This document shows, in pieces, positions 18,001-25,392 of a stretch of 64,000 nt of DNA. Below the pieces are notes generated by a model. The model was given only the letters and a program-made list of their open reading frames with translations. It was not told where the DNA came from and did no database searches. A program made the position numbers and the translations under genes. Every line of letters begins with the position of its first letter. The first letter of the stretch is position 1. Origin of the DNA: a virus; IMG/VR virus record IMGVR_UViG_3300048032_000927, positions 1 to 64,000 of that record; one strand, 5' to 3'.

Positions 18001-21000
18001 CAGCGGCGAATTGTCGGGACAAAGAAATAAACCTAATCCCGCCAAAAAAGCATCTGGTGCAGTTTCTTTTTCTACAAATGATACAATAGCTAGAGAATTT
18101 TCCGGACTAGGCACAATTAGAAGAAAAGCCACAAATCCAGACGGTAAAGTCTTTGAAAAGAAGGTTCCTCAGAAAAATATATTCAATAAGCGAAAATTAC
18201 TTAAAATTTTAAGTAGAGGCGCCGACCTCGAGAATAATGTTTATCCGAAGGTACAGGAATTTAAGCAGGCAATTTCATCAGGGGCGATACAAAACTGGGC
18301 CCAGGAAAACGGCGGAATTTTCTTAAACGTTTCAGGCGCATATAATGACAAAGAAGCTTACGGAAAAATGGGCAAGATGGAATATGGAAGATTTGAGCAT
18401 AAATTCTTGGGCAAAAGAATGCCTTCAATTGTACCTCCGAAAGAAATTGGTTTTAATAAAAATAAAACATTTGAAATCACCCCAAGAGAAGAAGAGGTTA
18501 TGCAGGTATTTGATGATGGCCTTGTTCCTAACTTCGCAGACCCTCAAAAGATTCGAAATGGCGCCATATATAATAGTAAAACCAATAACAAAGCCGTAAG
18601 AGTTGTTCGGGCAAATCAAGCAGAAAGAATAGCGTATATCAAGCATCATTCTCAGGATCACATGTTTGACCCCGAAGTTCCGTTTTCCGATCTAACGCCC
18701 GCGACAAAGAAACAAGTTCAGGAATATTTAGGCAAGAAACCTAAGGCTAAAGCAAAAGGCTTTGTTCCTAATTATGCATTGACAGGAAAAGAATATGCTA
18801 AGTTTTCAGTTAGTTTGTCTGATTTTGTAAGAAATAATTCTATTACGCCGCCGATAAAATCTCTAAGTAGCCGTGAAATATTTAAAATTCCCCGCAGAAA
18901 TGCAGAGGTTGCAGAACAAACTATTCAAAATATCAGGCAATTTATTTCATCTAATGAATTTGGGGATCTTGACGAAGATATCAGAAGACAGGTCAAGAAA
19001 GATTATAATAGAATTGCACCGAGAGGATTATCAAACCCATTTAGACCATTCGCCAAATATTCTCAAAAAGAATTTAGCGGAAGCATGGATGTAGGGCGCC
19101 CAACATTAAGAAGGGCTGTTGCTAAGGGATTTGTTCCTAATTTCGCAAGCCCGCTAAAAGAAGCTATAAAAAGAGAAAAAGCTGCAGGGGTTCCTGTTTC
19201 AAGTATTCGCGTAGAAAAAAGCCCGCAACTTAAAAGCTCCAAAAATCCAATGGGATTAGCGGTTACTAACACCAGGGATGAGCCTCTTGGTGTTGGCCAA
19301 GGGATTAGACGCGCAAGAAGTATGGGTATTGACCCTAAAAAACATGGGGCCTCAAAAGGGTTAGTGCCTAACTTTGCGGCTGGCATAAAGAATATACAAT
19401 TCAAAGAAGGCGTTCCAGATGCTGTAAAAAAAGCATACAATGAAAGCGCAAAGCATTTAAATAGTTTTAATAAAAACATCGAAACAGCTAGTGATGCATC
19501 CGGCAAAAGGGCTGAAGCAGATAGTAACGCTAGTAATAAAACCGATGATTTTTCAAGCGGAGGCTTGATGAAGCTTTTTGTTTTTCAGTCATTACTGAGT
19601 ACGGCTAATGGGTTCTTGCAGGAATTTGCAGAGAGTGGCGGTGAAACGGCTAAAACATTTGCTCAAATTGGTCAAGCTGGATCTAATTTAATTTCAACTT
19701 TACTGACTACGAAGGAGGTCGGCAACCAATTGATGGAAATGGCTAACATCAAGCCTTCTCAATCTGTGGGGCTAGGTGGGCTAATCCGAGGGGGTGGAGC
19801 TAGGCGTGGGGCAACTAAAGAAATAGCAGGAGGCCTTAAAGCAGCCATAGATTTCAAGGGGGTAAAAAACGCAACTGGAGCAATTTCTAGTTTTGGAAAA
19901 GGATTGTCAATGGCAGGCAAAGGTTTACTGAGATTCACACCAATAGTTGGACAATTACTTCTTTTGGGTACCGGATTAAACGAGGTAATGAAAATGATTA
20001 CGGGTAAGGGTTTGTTTGATTTACTGAAAAGTGACGCAGATAAAGCTGCTGATAAATTAAAAGAATTGGCTGAGGCTGCAGATAAGACAGAAAACGCTCT
20101 TAATGGAGCAAATAAACTACAGAGCACTCAAGAGAAAATCACAGAATTAAAAATTTTAGGTGACTCAAGAAGCCTCAAGCAAGAAAAAGAACTCTGGTCT
20201 TTAAAAACACAAGAAATAAAAAACAGAAATGAGTTAAAGAAATCTATATCAGAAGTTGATACGTCGTATATTCAAAACGAAAGTTTAATACAAAAAATCA
20301 ATCAAGTCAAGGCAGGGGAAATAACAAAAACTGAAGACGTTATTAAGGTTTTAACAGAATACTCTTTCGCCCAACAAGGTCAGATGGGAATCCAAGCTAG
20401 TTCCGAAAGATTCTTTAAGAGTATAGAAGACGTAAAAAGAACTCAAAAAGAAAAGATTGTTACGCCAAAAATGCTTAGCGGAATTCAAGTTGGAGAAACG
20501 GTTGAAAATACAGGTAGAAATATTTTATCAGAAGAATTTAAAAATAAAATAAATGAATCCGCCGCAGATATCGCACAGTCAATTTTAATGCTTAGCCCTA
20601 AACAGCAAGAGTCTGCGAAAAAATCTCTAAAAGAAGGGGAAGTCGGAAAAATTAGAGGGCTGGAAGGATTTGATGAATTAGGTAAAGTAGAGAAAAAATT
20701 TATATCTAGAAAAATATTAGAGTTTACAAAGAAAAAAGGCGCAGAAGGAGAAAAAAATGATGAGGAAGCTAAAGCAGAGGCTGGAGCAAGAGATGAACTG
20801 ATCAAAAGACTATTCTTAATTAAGCAAGGCAGGCAACAAGAAGCTTTAAATCTAAAATTAAGCAACAAGCGGAATGAATTATACCGCAGCCAAAACGCTT
20901 TTCTTCATGGTATACTCTCCGAGTATGAAGGCATTAACGTTGCCGCTAAAATTGAAGCCGATGCAGCCAGAAAAACCGCAAAAATAAGATCTGATTATAA

Positions 21001-24000
21001 CGAAAAACTGTTAGGCGTTAATCAAAAATTAATTCAAGGCACAGAAGGGATACTTGAAGGCGTGATTGGCGAAGGAGGCGCAAGCGCAAGTAGAGTCTTT
21101 GGTGCGGCTGGTGACCCTAATTCTAGCCCCGTACAATTCACTGAAAAGAGCGGTAAAGATTTAGGGCTAAATCAGGAGAAAGTTAAATTAGCTAATAAAA
21201 TTCTACAAGAATCCTCAAAGCAGGCAAGTGCTGCCTCTCAATCAAGGAAATTTTTCGAGGAATTAAATAAAGCAAAAGATGAAGAGTTATACATTGCTAC
21301 GGCTAAGTTGTTTTTTGATCAAGAAAACTTGCAAATCAGTCAAAAGGAGAAAAACAAACTTCAAGAGCTTATTAATACTCGAGATAAGACGCGAGCAATA
21401 CTTGAGCAAGACAACGAAATAGCTTTAGAAAATGTAAATCAAGAAAGAACAAGAAGTTTAATTTCAAAGAAAACAACAGAGGGTGCAATTGCATTGCAAG
21501 AAATTCTAAGTCAAGGAATACCTTATGCTCAAACAGCTATAACTGCAATGGAAGGTAATGCTGCCACGCTCAAGGTTTTAAATAATTTCAGAGGCGCTGA
21601 AATAGAAACAATACTGCAAAGTGCAGCATTACAAGCTGAAGCCACACAATTGCAAAAAGAAAAAAATAGAAATGACCTTATAGCTGTTACTAAGTCTGCC
21701 GCGCAGGCTAAAGCTCAAGCCGAAGTATTTTCCAAAACAGAACAATATGCTCAAATTATTCAAAAAAGACTTGAGCAGGAGATATCTCAATCCGAGATAG
21801 CTGCAAGAGATGCTCAATTAAAAAATGAATTCTATAATATTGAAAGTAATAGGCTTGCTTTAGTTAAAAGTCAATTACAATCTGAAATAGATAATTTAAA
21901 TACTGATAACTTAATTAAGCAATCTAGATTGGAGTTGTTAACTCAGTATGGAAAAATTAATGAATTGGTGGCTGGGCAGATTCAACAAAGCAGATTGCAA
22001 GCGACTACTGATTTAGCTACATCTATTGAAACGGCGCAACAAACAGGAACACCTGAGTCAATGGTTGATGTAGCCGAAAAGATGTCTGCCCTTAATAGAG
22101 AGATGAACACGGGCAGTAGAGCTATGGACGCTCTTAGAGAAAGGCTCGCAGAGGCGCAAGTCAATGCCGCGAACCTCGGGGCAGATTTAGTAAACATTGG
22201 ATTCGATCAAGCAAAGAGTGGATTAAAGCAATTATTTAAAGATATTGGAAGTGGTGCAAAGAGCGCAAGTGAGGCGTGGGAAAGCTTCGGACTGAATATA
22301 GCAGACAGCCTTCTCGATAGAATCATGGAGCATAATATAGACAAAATGATGTCTAATCTATCAGTTGCTTTTACTGGGCAGGATTTACTGGCAGACGCAA
22401 ATCAGAGGCTTGCTGCTACCATACCAACACTTAAGACATCAAATGATACGCTCAACACAACAACTGGAGCATTAAACACAAGCATGGGAACCTTGAATAC
22501 ATCTGTTCAAGGATTAACCACAGCGATAGGAAGCATCAACTTAAATCCTGGTCAGCCTACAGTCGATGTAACTATTCCATCAACTCCAGCTCAAGGTCCA
22601 GCCGCATCCGCCCCGGTAGAAAAGTTTTTGGGAGGCAAAATACAAGCGTTCAATAAAGGAGGCTTTGTTAAAGGTGAACCGGGGATTGACAGGGTTCCAG
22701 CTATGCTGACAGCAGGCGAGTATGTTTTAAACAAAGAACAAGTAAACGAAGTTCAAAAACAAGGGCCATCAACGACTGTATCGAAACCAGATCAGTTTTT
22801 CATGGAAAGCCCGAAGCAAATTTCGAAAAACATTGCCCCGAAAAAGACATTCGAAGATAATATCACAGGTAAGCTCAAACTATTCAAGGGTGGCGTAGTC
22901 CAAATGTTTCAGGATGGCGGTTTAGCTAATAAAAAAATAGACAAGGGAGTTTTTGATGTAGAGAAAAGAATTATTGATAAAAAGCAGGTTCAAGAAATAC
23001 AAAATAAAGAGGTTTTAAATGTCAAGCAAAGCCCAGTACAAGAACTATCCATTAACACTGCAAAGATATCAAATATGGTTTCACCTGAAAAAGCTTTAAA
23101 GGGCAGTAAGGAACTCGGGGATATTAAAAAATTTTACGGCGGGAAAATACAAAAATTTGAAGAAGGAGGAATCGCTAAAAGGGTTAAAGCTGGAGCCAAA
23201 GGAGCTGCACAATTTGCAGTAATGACTGGGGTTAGTAGTGTTCTATCAAAAAAGTTAAATAAAAAGCAAGATAATCCACCACCAAAATTTGATATGCGTA
23301 AGCTTGAGAACTTGGATTTAGGTTCTGATGTTAATATCAAAAGAGGCGACCCAAGATTAAGTGCTAGATTTATTGCGGAAGATCCAGTGATGCAGGAGTA
23401 CAGGGATCATTTGCTTGAACTAGCTACTTATAGGGCTCAAAAAACCAACGAAAAATTTAGAGAAAAACAAGGTACTCTTGCTTCTGTTATGGGAGCGGTC
23501 ATGAGTTTTGCTGTCTCACAATTAGTTTCCGCCGCCGCTAAACCATTGCAAAAAAGCATACAAAAAGGTAAAAACTTTATGGGTAAAACCATGGGTCAGC
23601 ATAAAGATGCCTACAAGAATGCAATGAGTATACCTGGCGGTAAAGACTTAAATTACAGCCAAGTTAGTAAATCAATAAAATCAGGAAAGCCTATCGATAT
23701 TGGTGGAAAAGAATATACCTATCAAAATGGATCATGGCTTAATCCAGTAAAGAAACAAGGCGGAGGCTCGATACCAGCAATGCTTACAGCAGGGGAAGGC
23801 TTCGTCCCGGCTCCTATTGCAAGAAGGATTGGCTACGGTAATTTAAATAAAATGAACCAAACGGGATCCCTTCCTATAATCAATGGACCAGCAGGCATTG
23901 ATAAGGTTGGACCAGTTGGATTAAATGAAGGAGATTTTATAATCAAAAAATCATCAACGGATAAACTACTAAGAGAGAATCCGAATATGATGAAATTCGC

Positions 24001-24379
24001 ATTACAAAACCCAGAAGGTTTCAAGAAGGGAGAAAGAGGATACTATGAAGGTGGGGTAGTAGGTACAGCGACACGCGCTGCGCCTGTTGCATCAAAAACA
24101 TACAAACCTCAATCTGCGCCAGAGCAAAGAAACCGCATAAGTTCATTGATTGAAGAAGTAGATCAAACTAAAGCTCAAGAAAGCGCACAATCCACAAGTA
24201 ATTCAGTAACTAATAATATCAATGTTAATGTAAGCATTGATAAATCTGGCAATGAGTCAGTATCAACAGAACAAACGGGATCTAGCCTGGAGCAGGAAAA
24301 AGATCTAAGCATGAAGATCAAGGCAAAAGTTCTGGAAGTTATCAGGGATGAAAAGAGAATTGGCGGAGAGCTTAGTTAA
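12083..24379 (+). CDS. Tail tape measure protein (4098 aa) with central modular cargo region
   Basis: N-terminal TP901-type tape-measure core (AADAALEFSRQG, IIDKLAAVD, TARGGAVIGNSLKTIFTRI) and long coiled coils. C-terminal FxxGG and PAMLTAGE motifs are typical of tape measures. Located between the tube and tail-tip genes. Confidence 0.9.
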   Translation: MAGIRADVSLNVNTANVKRSLDKATNEINKVVGKISGKPVSFNVNGKSFTQPLGRITASANEFTKSLEASNARVIAFGASVGIINGVSDAFRNLVLETIRFEKVLSDINVVLGLSNESIQRFGEGIFDVAMNTAQSFNVAADAALEFSRQGLSTEEVLKRTNDALILTRLTSLNAADAVAGLTAAVNAFGDAGLTTTDIIDKLAAVDVKFAVSSEDLINGLQRAGAVAIDAGVELDSLVGLVAALQQTTARGGAVIGNSLKTIFTRIQRPESIRQIEDLGVAVRNIQGEVLSADKILLNMAKSFNTLTQAQQSNVVQFSAGIFQANVFRSILRDLAKEQSLHAQATEVSANASGEAAKKNEILNQTLAALASQAGTGIRELAGIIGELAVKPEIGGFLEFLVGQIEGIKKMLGGGEDEGSAFAKGLVRGIGNVLTGPAAIAFGAVFIKMFLNIAKFASTSLKDVLGIVSQKDRIRQMEESIVQALSANKNLQESLNNLEGDRLAQEKFILGIIEAQTSAMREQQLLASRLAKPLMRKGVTPDLTIKASGGLIPESVKSKEKQGARKGGYAPGSIDSMNIPGLGPVVYNKAETVKQFPGMKQPAIMPPKQSRAGGAYKSTFKEKHGFDPYASHGFVPNFAMKRGSTLVMDKAKLKVFGTDVDIGRAVNKKYQEIQEHFQAKIPINIEAGLQQIITSSTKDKKQPTGRESLFESFSALSGAGIKSIERPFDIRNIGAAKSRGSKPKGLSPSEFSEKKVMGLLKREQSVDKVDKKEGYRLTHDPQTNKGLPDYPVDIISYGENYPTHEVKSGSFNPANLIFKSLRMASDRELPNWMQQNKISGGKKLQERKLKKAETLSKRLDLYDPKQKKSAKEEGFEFSQDFADQWGLSQGFVPNFKKDWRQLYSNTLTGYKQGKIKSREDLMGYLGVSLSGLSQLVSASSNSNNKAIREQLSEVQLDKLREINASVSDKNQKDWRSLYSTTISARNQGKINSREELAKSLGVSAVGLSQLVSASSNSNNKAIREQLSEVQLDKLREISNSLLTDKSGTLSQTRLKGDLFEKAISILSGQPFKKGADALDFSRARARPVLMDSKIREQIDLGQDVRYGDAESGSGHKVHIMRDKVIRELEEGGQLYNLIQKNGDINLPGKTFTDIVANGSDAKPKESSTIKLGELLNTGRTTAGTKNAIEKSLTKKYKGKITPAQRQKEYQRNVKFDYYVDDVNLENLKVDKRTKLGKELGDIDKQFLAVSAQTQSDGLVPNFASLRSPIKFDVGDEKSYGKSYVARTAKSGKLFLLEQGHKHFSEYMESQGKPTPKMTRGVIGGREGYWVNQHEDDILEWSKKPNIEYIRKEKEVKEQREQESKDYMQKLKYGSFEPIKNAMPLNFGGDSVRYQRTSGFGKELINKLGPDYKYISVNTRKVEDYAKANNITKQLRSGSTVPNSKSALLKMVDLPKSKIQELDFVRPRKRTEDEKKEELREISPTSPIKWDVRQNPGTKKKDYSLKGSDDTFRHFSNFLERKGVPKRSIQNIQNAIQQKRETIKGLEEGARKKSQSRSDNTAFHEAALASENIEKNFSIPTDKLYIKNLSNLIKEFNSTVYTGFSDGYVPDYGAVEMNKGYVPNFIGFNVPKKSHQLIETFNQITEKNKLIPTVDSLMEQGVDRETAIQQTKDDQFGQKKSMFKILNTMKSEGVKQLFFGQGGKIFPHQSAGTIPFTIEKIKDVINNTGYKTDFKADGFVPNYAVTLSDDNYYSQKNVQHGITQLYKKSGGRQKLAPKELEFASERYISAVQDSGKTYPGGNFNVGGKKFNFNEVSMSLMKHGQFYQPKEGEAVDLSEGFAGGYVPNFADSQKIRNGAIYHSKTNNKAVRVKRADQAERIAYIKHHTQDHMFDPEVPFSDLTPATKKQVQEYLGRSPTKAKGFVPNFADTTLYRGQGRPTLDTPDILSNLPSFSGAETPEDVVGIIQNFVKSHVSGELSGQRNKPNPAKKASGAVSFSTNDTIAREFSGLGTIRRKATNPDGKVFEKKVPQKNIFNKRKLLKILSRGADLENNVYPKVQEFKQAISSGAIQNWAQENGGIFLNVSGAYNDKEAYGKMGKMEYGRFEHKFLGKRMPSIVPPKEIGFNKNKTFEITPREEEVMQVFDDGLVPNFADPQKIRNGAIYNSKTNNKAVRVVRANQAERIAYIKHHSQDHMFDPEVPFSDLTPATKKQVQEYLGKKPKAKAKGFVPNYALTGKEYAKFSVSLSDFVRNNSITPPIKSLSSREIFKIPRRNAEVAEQTIQNIRQFISSNEFGDLDEDIRRQVKKDYNRIAPRGLSNPFRPFAKYSQKEFSGSMDVGRPTLRRAVAKGFVPNFASPLKEAIKREKAAGVPVSSIRVEKSPQLKSSKNPMGLAVTNTRDEPLGVGQGIRRARSMGIDPKKHGASKGLVPNFAAGIKNIQFKEGVPDAVKKAYNESAKHLNSFNKNIETASDASGKRAEADSNASNKTDDFSSGGLMKLFVFQSLLSTANGFLQEFAESGGETAKTFAQIGQAGSNLISTLLTTKEVGNQLMEMANIKPSQSVGLGGLIRGGGARRGATKEIAGGLKAAIDFKGVKNATGAISSFGKGLSMAGKGLLRFTPIVGQLLLLGTGLNEVMKMITGKGLFDLLKSDADKAADKLKELAEAADKTENALNGANKLQSTQEKITELKILGDSRSLKQEKELWSLKTQEIKNRNELKKSISEVDTSYIQNESLIQKINQVKAGEITKTEDVIKVLTEYSFAQQGQMGIQASSERFFKSIEDVKRTQKEKIVTPKMLSGIQVGETVENTGRNILSEEFKNKINESAADIAQSILMLSPKQQESAKKSLKEGEVGKIRGLEGFDELGKVEKKFISRKILEFTKKKGAEGEKNDEEAKAEAGARDELIKRLFLIKQGRQQEALNLKLSNKRNELYRSQNAFLHGILSEYEGINVAAKIEADAARKTAKIRSDYNEKLLGVNQKLIQGTEGILEGVIGEGGASASRVFGAAGDPNSSPVQFTEKSGKDLGLNQEKVKLANKILQESSKQASAASQSRKFFEELNKAKDEELYIATAKLFFDQENLQISQKEKNKLQELINTRDKTRAILEQDNEIALENVNQERTRSLISKKTTEGAIALQEILSQGIPYAQTAITAMEGNAATLKVLNNFRGAEIETILQSAALQAEATQLQKEKNRNDLIAVTKSAAQAKAQAEVFSKTEQYAQIIQKRLEQEISQSEIAARDAQLKNEFYNIESNRLALVKSQLQSEIDNLNTDNLIKQSRLELLTQYGKINELVAGQIQQSRLQATTDLATSIETAQQTGTPESMVDVAEKMSALNREMNTGSRAMDALRERLAEAQVNAANLGADLVNIGFDQAKSGLKQLFKDIGSGAKSASEAWESFGLNIADSLLDRIMEHNIDKMMSNLSVAFTGQDLLADANQRLAATIPTLKTSNDTLNTTTGALNTSMGTLNTSVQGLTTAIGSINLNPGQPTVDVTIPSTPAQGPAASAPVEKFLGGKIQAFNKGGFVKGEPGIDRVPAMLTAGEYVLNKEQVNEVQKQGPSTTVSKPDQFFMESPKQISKNIAPKKTFEDNITGKLKLFKGGVVQMFQDGGLANKKIDKGVFDVEKRIIDKKQVQEIQNKEVLNVKQSPVQELSINTAKISNMVSPEKALKGSKELGDIKKFYGGKIQKFEEGGIAKRVKAGAKGAAQFAVMTGVSSVLSKKLNKKQDNPPPKFDMRKLENLDLGSDVNIKRGDPRLSARFIAEDPVMQEYRDHLLELATYRAQKTNEKFREKQGTLASVMGAVMSFAVSQLVSAAAKPLQKSIQKGKNFMGKTMGQHKDAYKNAMSIPGGKDLNYSQVSKSIKSGKPIDIGGKEYTYQNGSWLNPVKKQGGGSIPAMLTAGEGFVPAPIARRIGYGNLNKMNQTGSLPIINGPAGIDKVGPVGLNEGDFIIKKSSTDKLLRENPNMMKFALQNPEGFKKGERGYYEGGVVGTATRAAPVASKTYKPQSAPEQRNRISSLIEEVDQTKAQESAQSTSNSVTNNINVNVSIDKSGNESVSTEQTGSSLEQEKDLSMKIKAKVLEVIRDEKRIGGELS
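14876..15192 (+). repeat. Perfect 92-bp direct repeat (14876-14967 and 15101-15192) within a 225-bp tandem duplication
   Basis: CTATCTCAACTAGTTAGC...AAATTAAGGGAGAT occurs twice with identical sequence. It encodes the second half of a duplicated HTH-like unit. Confidence 0.95.
17624..18775 (+). repeat. Duplicated ~79-aa module (about 17624-17842 and 18536-18757)
   Basis: ADSQKIRNGAIYHSKTNNKAVRV...DPEVPFSDLTPATKKQVQEYLG versus ADPQKIRNGAIYNSKTNNKAVRV...DPEVPFSDLTPATKKQVQEYLG. Confidence 0.95.
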
Positions 24380-25392
24380 TGAAGCAGACTCACTTAGGAT
24401 ACGAGCAAAAGTTTTATTTGAATGGCACCCAACTTTCGGGTGTTCAGAGCGTTAATGGATCTTATGGAATACAAGAGCAGCCAATTAATATTTTAGGATG
24501 GGGTCATGTTGGCGGAAAGTATTATCCAAACCCTGACTATATCCTAGATCAACAGAATGGTTTTATATTGAATGAAGAGGGCTTCAAAATGGTTGCCGAC
24601 AATCCATGTGTTGATGTTGATAAAATTTATCCAGACAGTTTGGCGGTTTTAAGTGCTCCACTAGAAGGTTCTTTTTCTATAAATTCTGCACTTGTTAGCC
24701 GAGATATGCTCATCGATTTCACTGGAGATAATCCTTTTACCGGAAGCATTCATTATGCGAGTAATTATTTCGGGTTTGAAAGCGGTTACATAACGGACCA
24801 TTCTGTAAGCTGTGCGATTGGTCAATTACCGACCACATCTACTAATATTCGAGTTTTTGGAGATATTGGAGGTGCCCCAGACTTCATAAGGACAGAAGAT
24901 GATTCTAACGTCAACCAAGAAACTGAATACGGAATGGTTACAGAAGACTCAAGAAAAGAAGGCTTATATAATGCATCTGGCAAAAACCCTTTTCCTGAAA
25001 TAGTGATACCAAGTCAAGGATCAATAAGCGTGGAATGCTTTGGTGCAGAAACAGACAGGGTTACGGCATTCACTCACTCGATTAATGTGCCCATTGACCC
25101 AATATATATAGTTGGCTCATCTAGAGCTATACAGGTTGATGTATCTTGGCCCATCACAACCACAACTTCAGTATCTTTAGATGTTGATGAATACGAATAT
25201 CATTCGTTAAGAGAATATTTGGTATCCCCAAACCTTGAAGATGTTAAAATAAAAATAAATGACTGCTTTGGCAGGCCAGTGCATCATTACATAGTATCAT
25301 CAGCGAGATTAGTGGGTGAGTCGATGTCAGCATCATCAGAGGGCAGAATGACTGTAAATTTAGAGTACAAATCTTATCATAATAAGAGATGA
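24379..25392 (+). CDS. Tail-tube-like protein (tube initiator / tail-tip component)
   Basis: LSGVQSVNGSYGIQEQPINILG, FESGYITDHSVSCAIGQLPT and YIVSSARLVGESMS echo the major tube motifs. Coupled to the tape measure stop. Confidence 0.55.
   Translation: MKQTHLGYEQKFYLNGTQLSGVQSVNGSYGIQEQPINILGWGHVGGKYYPNPDYILDQQNGFILNEEGFKMVADNPCVDVDKIYPDSLAVLSAPLEGSFSINSALVSRDMLIDFTGDNPFTGSIHYASNYFGFESGYITDHSVSCAIGQLPTTSTNIRVFGDIGGAPDFIRTEDDSNVNQETEYGMVTEDSRKEGLYNASGKNPFPEIVIPSQGSISVECFGAETDRVTAFTHSINVPIDPIYIVGSSRAIQVDVSWPITTTTSVSLDVDEYEYHSLREYLVSPNLEDVKIKINDCFGRPVHHYIVSSARLVGESMSASSEGRMTVNLEYKSYHNKR

Larger units (their letters stand above)
13979..19375 (+). repeat. Twelve dispersed copies of peptide motif G-[FLY]-V-P-[ND]-[FY] in the tape measure protein
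   Basis: Gly codons at 13979, 14750, 15851, 16898, 16937, 17291, 17606, 17843, 18518, 18758, 19127 and 19358. A degenerate GGLIP copy lies at about 13727. Confidence 0.95.

Noticed and set aside
13979-19375. GFVPNF repeats as a CRISPR array or other DNA-level repeat
   Set aside because: Spacing is irregular (39 bp to over 1 kb), all copies are in frame within one ORF and codons vary synonymously. The repeat is at the peptide level.
13727-19375. Inteins or introns explaining the extra length of the tape measure gene
   Set aside because: No C/S...HN-[CST] splice junctions or LAGLIDADG motifs were seen at module boundaries, and the frame is uninterrupted.
22430-22545. LNT-rich heptad repeat (LKTSNDTLNTTTGALNTSMGTLNTSVQGLTT) in the tape measure protein
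   Set aside because: An ordinary coiled-coil heptad pattern expected in tape measures.
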